Source: Vulcanimicrobiota bacterium (GTDB lineage: Bacteria; Vulcanimicrobiota; Vulcanimicrobiia; Vulcanimicrobiales; Vulcanimicrobiaceae). Taken from it: a DNA stretch of 64,000 bases. The notes beneath the pieces were generated by a model that saw only the letters and a list, made by a program, of their open reading frames with translations, was not told where the DNA came from and searched no databases. The DNA is taken from contig CAVZQC010000001.1 of NCBI GenBank assembly GCA_963777315.1, positions 160,001 to 224,000 on the forward strand. Reading direction: 5' to 3'. Shown piece by piece: positions 18,761 to 26,985 of the stretch (its first letter is position 1; every line of letters begins with the position of its first letter). Both the position numbers and the translations under genes were made by a program.

Positions 18761-21546
18761 GCGCGGGCAGGTCTTGTGCCCAGTGCTTCCTGCACCGCGC
18801 GCTGTTCGCTCCATGCGGCACCTTCGCTCGCGCACGCATCGCGCTCGGACGGCGTCAGCTTTGCCGCGAGCTCGCGCTCGATGCTTTGCCGTCCCCATGC
18901 CTCGGTCGCTTCGCGTTCGACGGCACTCGAGTCGAAATACGCGTCCACGTATGCGCACAGACGCGCGGCCAGGCGCGCGTCACCCTCCAGCGCTTGCGCT
19001 AGGGCGACGTGCTGAAGTGCGATGGCGGTCTGATAGCTGTCCTGCGTGCCGGCAAGCATACCGATCGCAGCGACTGCATCGTCGGCGCCTTGCGCGCGCT
19101 CGCCCTGCGCTATGCGGTAGATCGCCAGATTGCAGCGAAGGTTCGCAGCCAACCGCGCGGCGCCCGCGTTTTGCGAGGGCAGCAGCGCTTCCAACGCGTG
19201 CCGGACCGCGCCCTTGTAGTCGCCGCATTGAAACTCCAAGTCCGCCAAGTACGCATGCGTCTGACCGATCGCATATTCGCCGCCGTGGCTGAGCGCCGCG
19301 TCCAGCGCTTGGCGATGAATCGCGCGGGCATCTTCGATCTGACCGCTGCCCGCAACGATCGAGCCCAGCGTGTTCGAGGCCACTGCAAATCCGGAAACGT
19401 CGCCGGCCTCCTGCAGCAGCGTTGCGGCCCGGCGCGCCGCCGTCTCGGCCGCGGTCCACCTGCGCGCGCGACGCAGCGCCAACGCCCGCTGGCGCAGCGC
19501 ATATCCTAATCCGCGACGATCGCTAACGGCCTCGTAGAGCTCGCAAGCGCGTTCGGCTGCCTCCAGCTTCTTGGCAGCCTGCAAGAGAACCGCTCGGGCC
19601 AAATGCAAACGCGCCGCAACACCGGGTTCGAGCGCTTCGTCGAGCGCCGCCAGCCCGCATTCGATCCAATAGAGCCCTTCGCCCAGGTGGCCGGCGTCGA
19701 ACCAAAAACGCTCGAGCGACCCGGCGATGGTGCCGCCCAGCACGGGATCGTTGCGCGCATCCAGCGCCCACAGCAACGCCGCCCGCACGTTTTCGTGCTC
19801 GCGCGCGAGCTGCGCAAACCACTGATACTGCGGCATCGCCGTCTCTTGGTCGCCCTTTTGCGCAAAGTCGCGAAAGAACTCCGCGTGTTTGCGCGCCGCG
19901 AGCTGGCGTTCGCCGTTTTCCGCCAGCTTCTCCAACGCGTATTCGCGACTGGATTCGAGCAGATCGTATCTCTCGTGGCTGCCCTCGGTGTGCGCGACCA
20001 CGAGCGATTTTGCCGCCAGTGACGCGAGCAGATCGAGCACTTCGAGCGCGTCGCCGCAATTCTGCCCGCACGTCGCAGCTGCGGCGTCCCACGAAAATCC
20101 GCCCGCGAATACGCCGACGTGCCGGAAGAGCGCTTTTTCGCGCTCGTCGAGCGAGTTGTAACTCCAATCGATGAGCGCGCGCAGCGTTTGATGATGCGGC
20201 AAATCGTCGCGGCTTCCGCGTGTGAGCAAACGAAACCGCTCGGTAAGTCCGTCGCTCAGACGCGCGACGCTCAAAACTCCGATGCGCGCCGCAGCGAGTT
20301 CGATTGCCAGCGCGATGCCGTCCAGCCGCCGGCAAATGTCGCCGACGATGGGTGCGGTTTCTTGCGTCAATACAAAATTTTGACGGACCGCAGCGGCGCG
20401 CTCGGCGAACAGCGCAACCGCGCTGTACTGCAGCGCATCCTGCGCCGTTACGGCCGAGCCTCGGGGCGGGTACGTCAGCGGTGGGACGCGGTACACCTGT
20501 TCGCCGGCCAGTCCGAGCGCTTGGCGGGACGTGGCGAGGACGTGCAGGCCGTTCGAAGCACGCAGCAGCTCACGGCAAAACTCGGCCACCGCTTCAATAA
20601 GGTGCTCGCAGTTGTCGAATATCAACAGCGTGGAACGCGCCGACAGCGCGGCGGCGATCGACGCATTGAGCGAGCGATCCGGCGATTCGTGAATCCCCAG
20701 AGCGGCTGCGACCGCATTGGGGACGAACTGGTCGACGGTGATCGGCGCCAGCTCCACCAGCCACACGCCGTCGGGAAACGTCTGCAGCATCTGCGACCCC
20801 ACGCATACCGCGATGCGGGTCTTGCCGATGCCCCCGCTGCCGGCAATCGTGACGAGCCGATTGTTCTGCACGCATGCCATGAGCGCCGCGACTTCTTCGT
20901 CGCGTCCCACCAGCCGCGTGAGCTGCGTGGGCAAATTGTTGCGCGAGGGCTGCGAAAGCGGGGACAGCGCAAATTCATCTCGCAGCTCCGGAGCGCACAA
21001 TTGAAACACGCGTTCGGGCGCGGCGACGTCGCGCAGCGTGAAATACCCCAGTTCCCGAACGCTGACATGCGCGCCCAGATGACGCTCGACCATGTCCGCA
21101 GTCACGGACGTGAGCAGCACCTGGCCGCCCTGCGCAAGGCCCATCAGCCGAGCGACGCGGTTGACCGCAGGACCGAAATAATCGCCGTCCCGTTCCTCGG
21201 TTTCACCGGTATGAACGGCCATACGCACGCGCACGCCGCTTACGGCGCTGAAATCCTCCTGCGCCAAGCGGCGCTGAGCTTCTAATGCCGCGTCGACGGC
21301 GTTCTTGGCTCGATCGAAAACCGCGCAGCACCCGTCACCGAGTTTTTTGAATACGATGCCTGCGTGCGCCGCCACCGCCGAATCCATGATGGCATTGTGA
21401 CGCTCGAGTGCCGCGCCCATCTCACGGCCGTGCGCTTCCCAGCGCAGCGTGCTGCCTTCGATGTCGGTAAATAAAAACGTCACCGTGCCCGTGGGAAGGG
21501 TACGGGTACGCGCCGAACTTTTGAGCTGGGTAGCCGCACGCGGCAT
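18757..21546 (-). CDS. class III nucleotide cyclase-NB-ARC (STAND) ATPase-TPR protein
   Basis: FLFTDIEGST, LGDG, DYFGPAVNRVARL cyclase motifs; GSGGIGKT P-loop; LLIFDNCEH Walker B; LDGIALAIELAA; TPR-like C-terminus. Confidence 0.92.
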   Translation of the reverse strand: MPRAATQLKSSARTRTLPTGTVTFLFTDIEGSTLRWEAHGREMGAALERHNAIMDSAVAAHAGIVFKKLGDGCCAVFDRAKNAVDAALEAQRRLAQEDFSAVSGVRVRMAVHTGETEERDGDYFGPAVNRVARLMGLAQGGQVLLTSVTADMVERHLGAHVSVRELGYFTLRDVAAPERVFQLCAPELRDEFALSPLSQPSRNNLPTQLTRLVGRDEEVAALMACVQNNRLVTIAGSGGIGKTRIAVCVGSQMLQTFPDGVWLVELAPITVDQFVPNAVAAALGIHESPDRSLNASIAAALSARSTLLIFDNCEHLIEAVAEFCRELLRASNGLHVLATSRQALGLAGEQVYRVPPLTYPPRGSAVTAQDALQYSAVALFAERAAAVRQNFVLTQETAPIVGDICRRLDGIALAIELAAARIGVLSVARLSDGLTERFRLLTRGSRDDLPHHQTLRALIDWSYNSLDEREKALFRHVGVFAGGFSWDAAAATCGQNCGDALEVLDLLASLAAKSLVVAHTEGSHERYDLLESSREYALEKLAENGERQLAARKHAEFFRDFAQKGDQETAMPQYQWFAQLAREHENVRAALLWALDARNDPVLGGTIAGSLERFWFDAGHLGEGLYWIECGLAALDEALEPGVAARLHLARAVLLQAAKKLEAAERACELYEAVSDRRGLGYALRQRALALRRARRWTAAETAARRAATLLQEAGDVSGFAVASNTLGSIVAGSGQIEDARAIHRQALDAALSHGGEYAIGQTHAYLADLEFQCGDYKGAVRHALEALLPSQNAGAARLAANLRCNLAIYRIAQGERAQGADDAVAAIGMLAGTQDSYQTAIALQHVALAQALEGDARLAARLCAYVDAYFDSSAVEREATEAWGRQSIERELAAKLTPSERDACASEGAAWSEQRAVQEALGTRPARA

Positions 21547-21563
21547 TGTAACCTGAGCTTCTC

Positions 21564-21592
21564 TTGCCTGCTCCTTTTTTCCGCGCTATAGA
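21564..21592 (+). promoter_or_regulatory. candidate sigma70 promoter for the borosin genes
   Basis: TTGCCT-17 bp-TATAGA in the 79-bp divergent intergenic region; AGGGAG RBS before 21626. Confidence 0.35.
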
Positions 21593-21625
21593 GCGCTTGT
21601 TTGGCCGCTTACAGGGAGAACACTG

Positions 21626-21895
21626 ATGGCGACACCCGTTACCGACTACGTTCTGCGTCTGGCACGCGATCGCCAAGAGGCTGAGAAATTCAAAACGTCC
21701 CACGCGTCCGCCAAGCAGTCCATGACTGCTGCAGGCCTGGACGAGCAACAGCAAGAGCTCGTGCTCAGCGGCGACGCCAACCGGTTGGGCGAGGCGATGC
21801 AGAGCGAAATGTCGGTCCATGCGCAAGTTAACGCTGCGTACAATAACGTGCAGTGTAAGATGACTATTCCGATACCGCACCCTCCGAAGCAGTAG
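21626..21895 (+). CDS. split-borosin RiPP precursor peptide (LigA-like borosin-binding domain + C-terminal core)
   Basis: Helical leader DYVLRLARD...KF...AAGLDEQQQELVLSGDANRL resembles SonA-type leaders; good RBS; 12 bp upstream of the borosin methyltransferase. Confidence 0.8.
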   Translation: MATPVTDYVLRLARDRQEAEKFKTSHASAKQSMTAAGLDEQQQELVLSGDANRLGEAMQSEMSVHAQVNAAYNNVQCKMTIPIPHPPKQ

Positions 21896-21907
21896 GAAGC
21901 AGCCGGC

Positions 21908-22792
21908 GTGCCCGCCGGGTCGCTCAGCGTGGTCGGCACCGGTATTCAAGTCGTCTCGCAGACCTCGCCCCAGGCTGCAGCATGCATCGAAGCGGCGGAT
22001 ATCGTCTATTTCGTTTCGGCCGACGCGCTGACGGCGGTCTGGATCCGCCAAATCAATGCCAACGCGCACTCGCTCAACGGATTGTACGCCGAGGGCAAAG
22101 ATCGCGGCATCACGTACGAAGAAACGATCGATCGGGTGCTCGAATCCGTATTCGCAGGACAAGACGTTTGCTTTGTCAGCTACGGCCATCCCGGCGTTTT
22201 CGCGTACCCCACGCACGAGGCGATTCGACGCGCCCGAGCTGCAGGACACCGCGCCCAAATGCTGCCTGCCATATCGGCCGATGCGTGTCTATTTGCCGAT
22301 CTCGGCATCGATCCGTCGTCGACGGGATGCCAAAGCTTCGAGGCGACGGATTTTCTGCTGTACGGCCGCCGTTTCGACTGCCGGTGTTCGCTGCTGCTCT
22401 GGCAAATCGGCATCATCGCGGAGATGGGCCATTTCGACAGCTTCACTCTCTGGAACCGGGCCGGAGTTGTCACGTTGGTGGAGGTCTTGCGCCGGGATTA
22501 TCCCGCCGAGCACACCGTAACGGTGTACGAAGCTCCACGATACGCCTGCTGCGAACCGCACATCGAGCATGTCGCGCTCGCGGAGTTGGCAAACGCGAAT
22601 ATCACTCCGCTGTCCACGCTGTACGTCCCGCCCTACGGAAAAGCCGAACCCGACCTCGAGATGGCCCGCCGGTTACTCGATCAGACGTCGGGGCGCGCCG
22701 GCCGCGCGCTGCTCGCAAGCGCTCCGCCCACGAACGCGCCGACGCCGCCGAGCAGTGCAGCCGCGTACGGATACCAGCTGGGAAAGGGCTGA
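21908..22792 (+). CDS. borosin alpha-N-methyltransferase (OphMA/SonM family)
   Basis: GSLSVVGTGI, LY..GKDR...Y (catalytic Tyr/Arg/Tyr equivalents), YGHPGVF, MLPAISA..CLFADLGIDP, GCQSFEAT, LWQIG, STLYVPP. Confidence 0.92.
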   Translation: MPAGSLSVVGTGIQVVSQTSPQAAACIEAADIVYFVSADALTAVWIRQINANAHSLNGLYAEGKDRGITYEETIDRVLESVFAGQDVCFVSYGHPGVFAYPTHEAIRRARAAGHRAQMLPAISADACLFADLGIDPSSTGCQSFEATDFLLYGRRFDCRCSLLLWQIGIIAEMGHFDSFTLWNRAGVVTLVEVLRRDYPAEHTVTVYEAPRYACCEPHIEHVALAELANANITPLSTLYVPPYGKAEPDLEMARRLLDQTSGRAGRALLASAPPTNAPTPPSSAAAYGYQLGKG

Positions 22793-23073
22793 TGCGGCGG
22801 AGGTTTGGAGATCGCGGCCGCCAGCGCCGTAGCGGACGCAATGGCAAAGCCCAGGGCGGTAGCATGGCTCAAGGGACGTGAGGGCGCCAACCGCGCAGTA
22901 ACCGCACCGGCGACGATGCCCGCAGCCAAGGCGACGATTTCGCCGCCGATGATGGCCTGCGGCCCCATCCGCCCGTGCATTGCAGCACTCAGCATTGCGG
23001 CGCCGACGAGCTCGAGCACGATCAGCGCGAGGTACCCGGCCAGTACCGCCAAGATGGTGCGGCTCGGATTCAA
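22681..23073 (-). CDS. small integral membrane protein (about 4 TM)
   Basis: Four hydrophobic segments; 6 bp downstream of the DRE-TIM gene. Confidence 0.7.
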   Translation of the reverse strand: MNPSRTILAVLAGYLALIVLELVGAAMLSAAMHGRMGPQAIIGGEIVALAAGIVAGAVTARLAPSRPLSHATALGFAIASATALAAAISKPPPHQPFPSWYPYAAALLGGVGAFVGGALASSARPARPDV

Positions 23074-23079
23074 GAGCGA

Positions 23080-24480
23080 TTAACCGGCTGCAGCGGCTTT
23101 GGATTGACCGAGCGCAACCGCGATGTCGACGACTTCGTCCTCCCCGATCGACAGACGGCGCATCGCGTCTTCGTAAAGCGCGATCGTTTCTTCGCTCTTG
23201 CTGCTTGCAGCTCGCTCTTCGCGCAGGCGTTTGATCTCTTCGGTAACGTCGTGCGAGAGCTGCGCAGTCACTTCGACGCCGTGCGAAGCCAGCTGCCCCG
23301 CGTGCTTGCGCAGCGTGTCTTCGACGAGCGCGACGCCCGAGTGCTTTCCGAAAATCCACGACGTCCGGCCGCCTACCATCGCCGCCGGCACCGCTTCGTA
23401 CATGCGCCGGTCGATGAGCATGGCATGCGTGTGTATGCCCGATTCGTGCGCGAACACTTTCGAGCCGACGATGGGCTCGTGCTGCTGCATGGGAATGCCG
23501 GTCATGCGTTCCATGAAGCGCGCCAAATCGCGCAGCGCTTCGTACTTGAATCCGGGAATCTCAACGCCGTAGAGAACGCGCAGCGCCGTCACGAATTCAT
23601 GCAGCTTCACGTTGCCTGCCCGCTCGCCGTATCCGTTGGCCGTAACGGAAACGACCGTAAAGCCGCATGATACCGCCGTTATGGCGTTGATCGTCCCAAG
23701 CCCGTAATCGTTGTGAAAATGGCAGACCATCGGCAGACCCTTGGGCATGGCGCGCACGATGCGCGAGCAGTACCACTTTGCCGCCTCGGGCGTCAGGCAG
23801 CCGACGGTGTCCGGCCATGCAGGCCGGTCTCCCCCCGCCGCAAGCGATTCCTTGAAATAGCGAATGAAGTAGTCGACGTCGCCTCGGCTTCCGTCTTCGG
23901 CTCCGAACTCGACGCGGGTCACGCCCCGCTCGCGCGCGTACCGGATCGCGTCGCACTGCAGTTTGATGTTGGCGGCGCGATAGAACTCCAGCGGAAGGTC
24001 CAGCCATTCGCTTTCGGCGCGGCCCTCGAGTTTGAGGAGCGTCTTTCCGATCTTGTACTTTAAGTGCAGATCGCTGCCGCTGGTGAAAATGAAGAACGTG
24101 ACCTCGGACGGCGACACGTCGACCTCATCCAACGTGGCGATCGTGACGTCGATGTCTTTCGGATTGCTCCGGCACATCACGACGATCTCGACTTCACCCA
24201 GTTCGCCGCGGCGTTTTGCCTCCATCACCAGCTGCAGCGTCTTGCGGTCGCCCGCGGACGCGGCCGGAAAACCGACGCTCATGACGTGCACGCCGATGTC
24301 GGCCAAGCGCTGCGCGATACGGTACTTCTGCTCCGGAGTAAAGCACACGCCGGGCATCTGCTCGCCGTCGCGAAGCGTTTCGTCGTAAATGCGTATCTGC
24401 GACGGATCCGGAAAGTTCAGCTGCGCGGTAAATTCGCGCGGATCGCGGATGAGTCGCTCGATGGGCTCGCGGAATTCCAT
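23080..24480 (-). CDS. DRE-TIM metallolyase (homocitrate/isopropylmalate/citramalate synthase-like)
   Basis: DETLRDGEQ, HFHNDYG, GYGERAGN, HESGIH, GKHSG; no LeuA regulatory domain. Confidence 0.88.
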   Translation of the reverse strand: MEFREPIERLIRDPREFTAQLNFPDPSQIRIYDETLRDGEQMPGVCFTPEQKYRIAQRLADIGVHVMSVGFPAASAGDRKTLQLVMEAKRRGELGEVEIVVMCRSNPKDIDVTIATLDEVDVSPSEVTFFIFTSGSDLHLKYKIGKTLLKLEGRAESEWLDLPLEFYRAANIKLQCDAIRYARERGVTRVEFGAEDGSRGDVDYFIRYFKESLAAGGDRPAWPDTVGCLTPEAAKWYCSRIVRAMPKGLPMVCHFHNDYGLGTINAITAVSCGFTVVSVTANGYGERAGNVKLHEFVTALRVLYGVEIPGFKYEALRDLARFMERMTGIPMQQHEPIVGSKVFAHESGIHTHAMLIDRRMYEAVPAAMVGGRTSWIFGKHSGVALVEDTLRKHAGQLASHGVEVTAQLSHDVTEEIKRLREERAASSKSEETIALYEDAMRRLSIGEDEVVDIAVALGQSKAAAAG

Positions 24481-24498
24481 AGCTTGGCAAAAACCTCT

Positions 24499-25827
24499 TC
24501 ACAGGTTCCTGAGCATAACCTCCTCGCGCGCGGGCAGTCCTGCATCGGACGCCGCGCTGGACTGCGCGCGCCGGCTATAGACGCGCAGTTCCGAGATGTC
24601 GCGCGGGAACGCAAGCTCCAGCGTCCAGTCGAACGCCACGCGCAATTTCCGTTCCAATCCCGGCAAGCGCAAAAGGTAATACGTGCGCCACAAAAACCAT
24701 GCGGCAAATCCCGTCAGTACGCGGTTACCCGGCAACTCGGCAACGGCTTTACGCGCTCCCAGCGAGGCCATCATCCCCAGCGATTTGTACCGGAACGGGC
24801 GCGTCGGCTTGCCGCCCAACGCGGCAACGATGTTGTCCGCGAGCACCGGGCCCTCGCGAATGGCGTGCTGCGCGGTCGGCGGATAAAAGCCGCCTTCGCC
24901 GTTCGGAATGGCGGCGCAATCGCCGATCGCCCAAACTCCGGGATGCCCGGCGACGCTCATGTCCGCCTGCACCGCAATCGTACCGTTCTTCCCGCGCGGC
25001 AGCTCGCCGCTGCCGTCGAGCGTTCGCGCGCGCACGCCGGCACTCCATACGATCGTGCGCGTTTCGACGCGCTTGCCGCTTTGCAGCGTTAAGCCGTCGT
25101 CGTCCGCCATTTTCACGCCGTCGCCCGTAATGACGCTCACGCCGCGACGCCGCAAATCGTGCAGGGAATACTCGCCCATGCGCGCGGGCAAACCGGGCAG
25201 CAGCGTCTTGCCGCCTTCGATCAGGACGATGCGGATGTCGTCTTTGCGAACGTTTTTGTAAAACCGCCCGACGCTGCGGAACAGCTCCACCATTTCTCCG
25301 GCCGTTTCCACTCCCGTAAATCCGCCCCCGACGACGACCAGCGTGAGCAGCCGCTTGCGCTCGTCGTCCTGCTGCGTCGTGTCGGCCAGTTCGAGCAGCC
25401 AGATGAAGCGATTGCGCAGCGTGCCGGCATCCTCGAGCGTTTTAAGCGCAAAGACGCGCTCGGCCACGCCGGGCAATCCGAACGTCGACGTCGCCGCGCC
25501 GATGGATATCACCAGCTGATCGTACGGCATCTCCAGGCGGTCGCCGGTGAGCGTGTGCGTATAGCGCACCATACGCCCCTGCACGTCGATGCCGGTGACG
25601 TCCGCCAGGATGAACTGCGTGCGGCTGAGCTGCGCTCGAATCGGCGTGACGATGTGACGAACGTCCAGCGCGCCCGAACTGACTTCCGGCAGCATCGGCG
25701 TGAACAGCGAGAAGTTCTCACGGCTGATCAGCACGAGCTGCGCTTGACTATCGCGCAATCGCTTCTCCAACCGATGAGCGACTGCTATGGCGGCAAATCC
25801 GCCGCCCAGGATGACGATGCGCTTCAC
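24499..25827 (-). CDS. type II NADH dehydrogenase-like FAD oxidoreductase
   Basis: VILGGGFA, LFTPMLPEV, VVGGGFTGVE, WAIGD, PPTAQHA; start re-called at GTG 25827. Confidence 0.9.
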   Translation of the reverse strand: MKRIVILGGGFAAIAVAHRLEKRLRDSQAQLVLISRENFSLFTPMLPEVSSGALDVRHIVTPIRAQLSRTQFILADVTGIDVQGRMVRYTHTLTGDRLEMPYDQLVISIGAATSTFGLPGVAERVFALKTLEDAGTLRNRFIWLLELADTTQQDDERKRLLTLVVVGGGFTGVETAGEMVELFRSVGRFYKNVRKDDIRIVLIEGGKTLLPGLPARMGEYSLHDLRRRGVSVITGDGVKMADDDGLTLQSGKRVETRTIVWSAGVRARTLDGSGELPRGKNGTIAVQADMSVAGHPGVWAIGDCAAIPNGEGGFYPPTAQHAIREGPVLADNIVAALGGKPTRPFRYKSLGMMASLGARKAVAELPGNRVLTGFAAWFLWRTYYLLRLPGLERKLRVAFDWTLELAFPRDISELRVYSRRAQSSAASDAGLPAREEVMLRNL

Positions 25828-25840
25828 AAACGGCTGCGTT

Positions 25841-26032
25841 CGGTGCTGTAGTCGGCCGCCCCGGCTAAGGGCACGCTCCAGGTCGCCACTGGAAAATCCA
25901 CTTCCTGTGGATTTTCCGCTCGCCCGCATTTTTGGCACAGCAAGCCTGGAAGCTGCCATCCGTGGCAGGGCCAAAAATGTCGGAGCGCGCCCCGAAGCAT
26001 GCCCTTAGCCGGGGCGGCCGACTACAGCACCG
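25841..26032. repeat. 192-bp element with 37-bp terminal inverted repeats and internal hairpins (REPIN/MITE-like)
   Basis: 25841-25877 is the reverse complement of 25996-26032 (36/37 match); internal stems at 25891-25917 and 25927-25979. Confidence 0.8.
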
Positions 26033-26082
26033 CATTGAGCGTACCGGTAAGAGCTTGCGCAGCGATATGAGAACGGAGAAGC

Positions 26083-26985
26083 GTGAACTCGCCGCACAAA
26101 CCCGACGGCCCGAAGAGCGGCTGGGCCGAACGTCCGGACGACAAGCAATACGACGTAGCGCAAGGCGACGCGCAGCCGCGCGAGCAGCGAGCGCAAAATA
26201 CTGCCGCTAAAGGCCTGGGCGCGGCCGGCATCGGCATCGCGGTGCTGCTTGCCAAGTTCAAGACGCTGCTGCTCGTTTTGCTGAACTTCAAATGGGCGTT
26301 CGTGCTGCTCAAGGTGCTGTCGTACGGCGGATCGTTCCTTATTTCGCTGGTATTTTACGCGCTATTCTGGGGCTGGAAGTTTGCGCTCGTATTCGTCTTG
26401 ATGATCCTCGCGCACGAGATGGGGCATTACGTTACCATTCGCAACTACGGGCTGCCCGCAAGGCTGCCGATGTTCGTGCCGTTCATGGGCGCATACACCA
26501 TGGGTGGCGTGCCGCAGTCGCTCGAACACGACGCATATATCGCGTTGGCGGGCCCGCTGACCGGACTGGGCGTTTCCGCGGTGTGCCTGGCGTACGGCCA
26601 TCAAACCCACGATCAGTTCTGGTACATGGCTGCCAACGTCGGTGCCTTCATCAACCTGTTCAACATGATTCCGGCGCTGCCGTTCGACGGCGGCCGCATT
26701 GCCGGAGCGCTATCCCCGATTCTCTGGGTGTTCGGGTTTGCCGCCTTTCTCGGACTGTCGATTGCACTGCACGTTCCGTTCTTTTTCATCATCATCTTCG
26801 GTCTGCTCGCGCTGCCCAGCGCGATCGCCGGCTGGCGAGGTTACGTGGATCCGCGCTACGCGACGATGTCGCGCGCGGGGCGCGTGCGGGTAGGACTGTG
26901 GTACCTGGTCACGCTGTTCGCGCTCTTCTATCTGATGACGATCTCGCACGTGCAGGTTCCCCACGGGAGCGGTTTGCGGCTGTGA
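26083..26985 (+). CDS. site-2 protease (M50 family)
   Basis: HEMGH, AGP, NLFNMIPALPFDGG; multiple TM helices. Confidence 0.9.
   Translation: MNSPHKPDGPKSGWAERPDDKQYDVAQGDAQPREQRAQNTAAKGLGAAGIGIAVLLAKFKTLLLVLLNFKWAFVLLKVLSYGGSFLISLVFYALFWGWKFALVFVLMILAHEMGHYVTIRNYGLPARLPMFVPFMGAYTMGGVPQSLEHDAYIALAGPLTGLGVSAVCLAYGHQTHDQFWYMAANVGAFINLFNMIPALPFDGGRIAGALSPILWVFGFAAFLGLSIALHVPFFFIIIFGLLALPSAIAGWRGYVDPRYATMSRAGRVRVGLWYLVTLFALFYLMTISHVQVPHGSGLRL

Noticed and set aside
16811..22792. Convergent 3' overlaps at both ends of the borosin block as evidence of recent insertion
   Set aside because: Similar convergent overlaps occur elsewhere in the window (28349-28400, 45155-45183, 47725-47738); no integrase, att site or direct repeats seen
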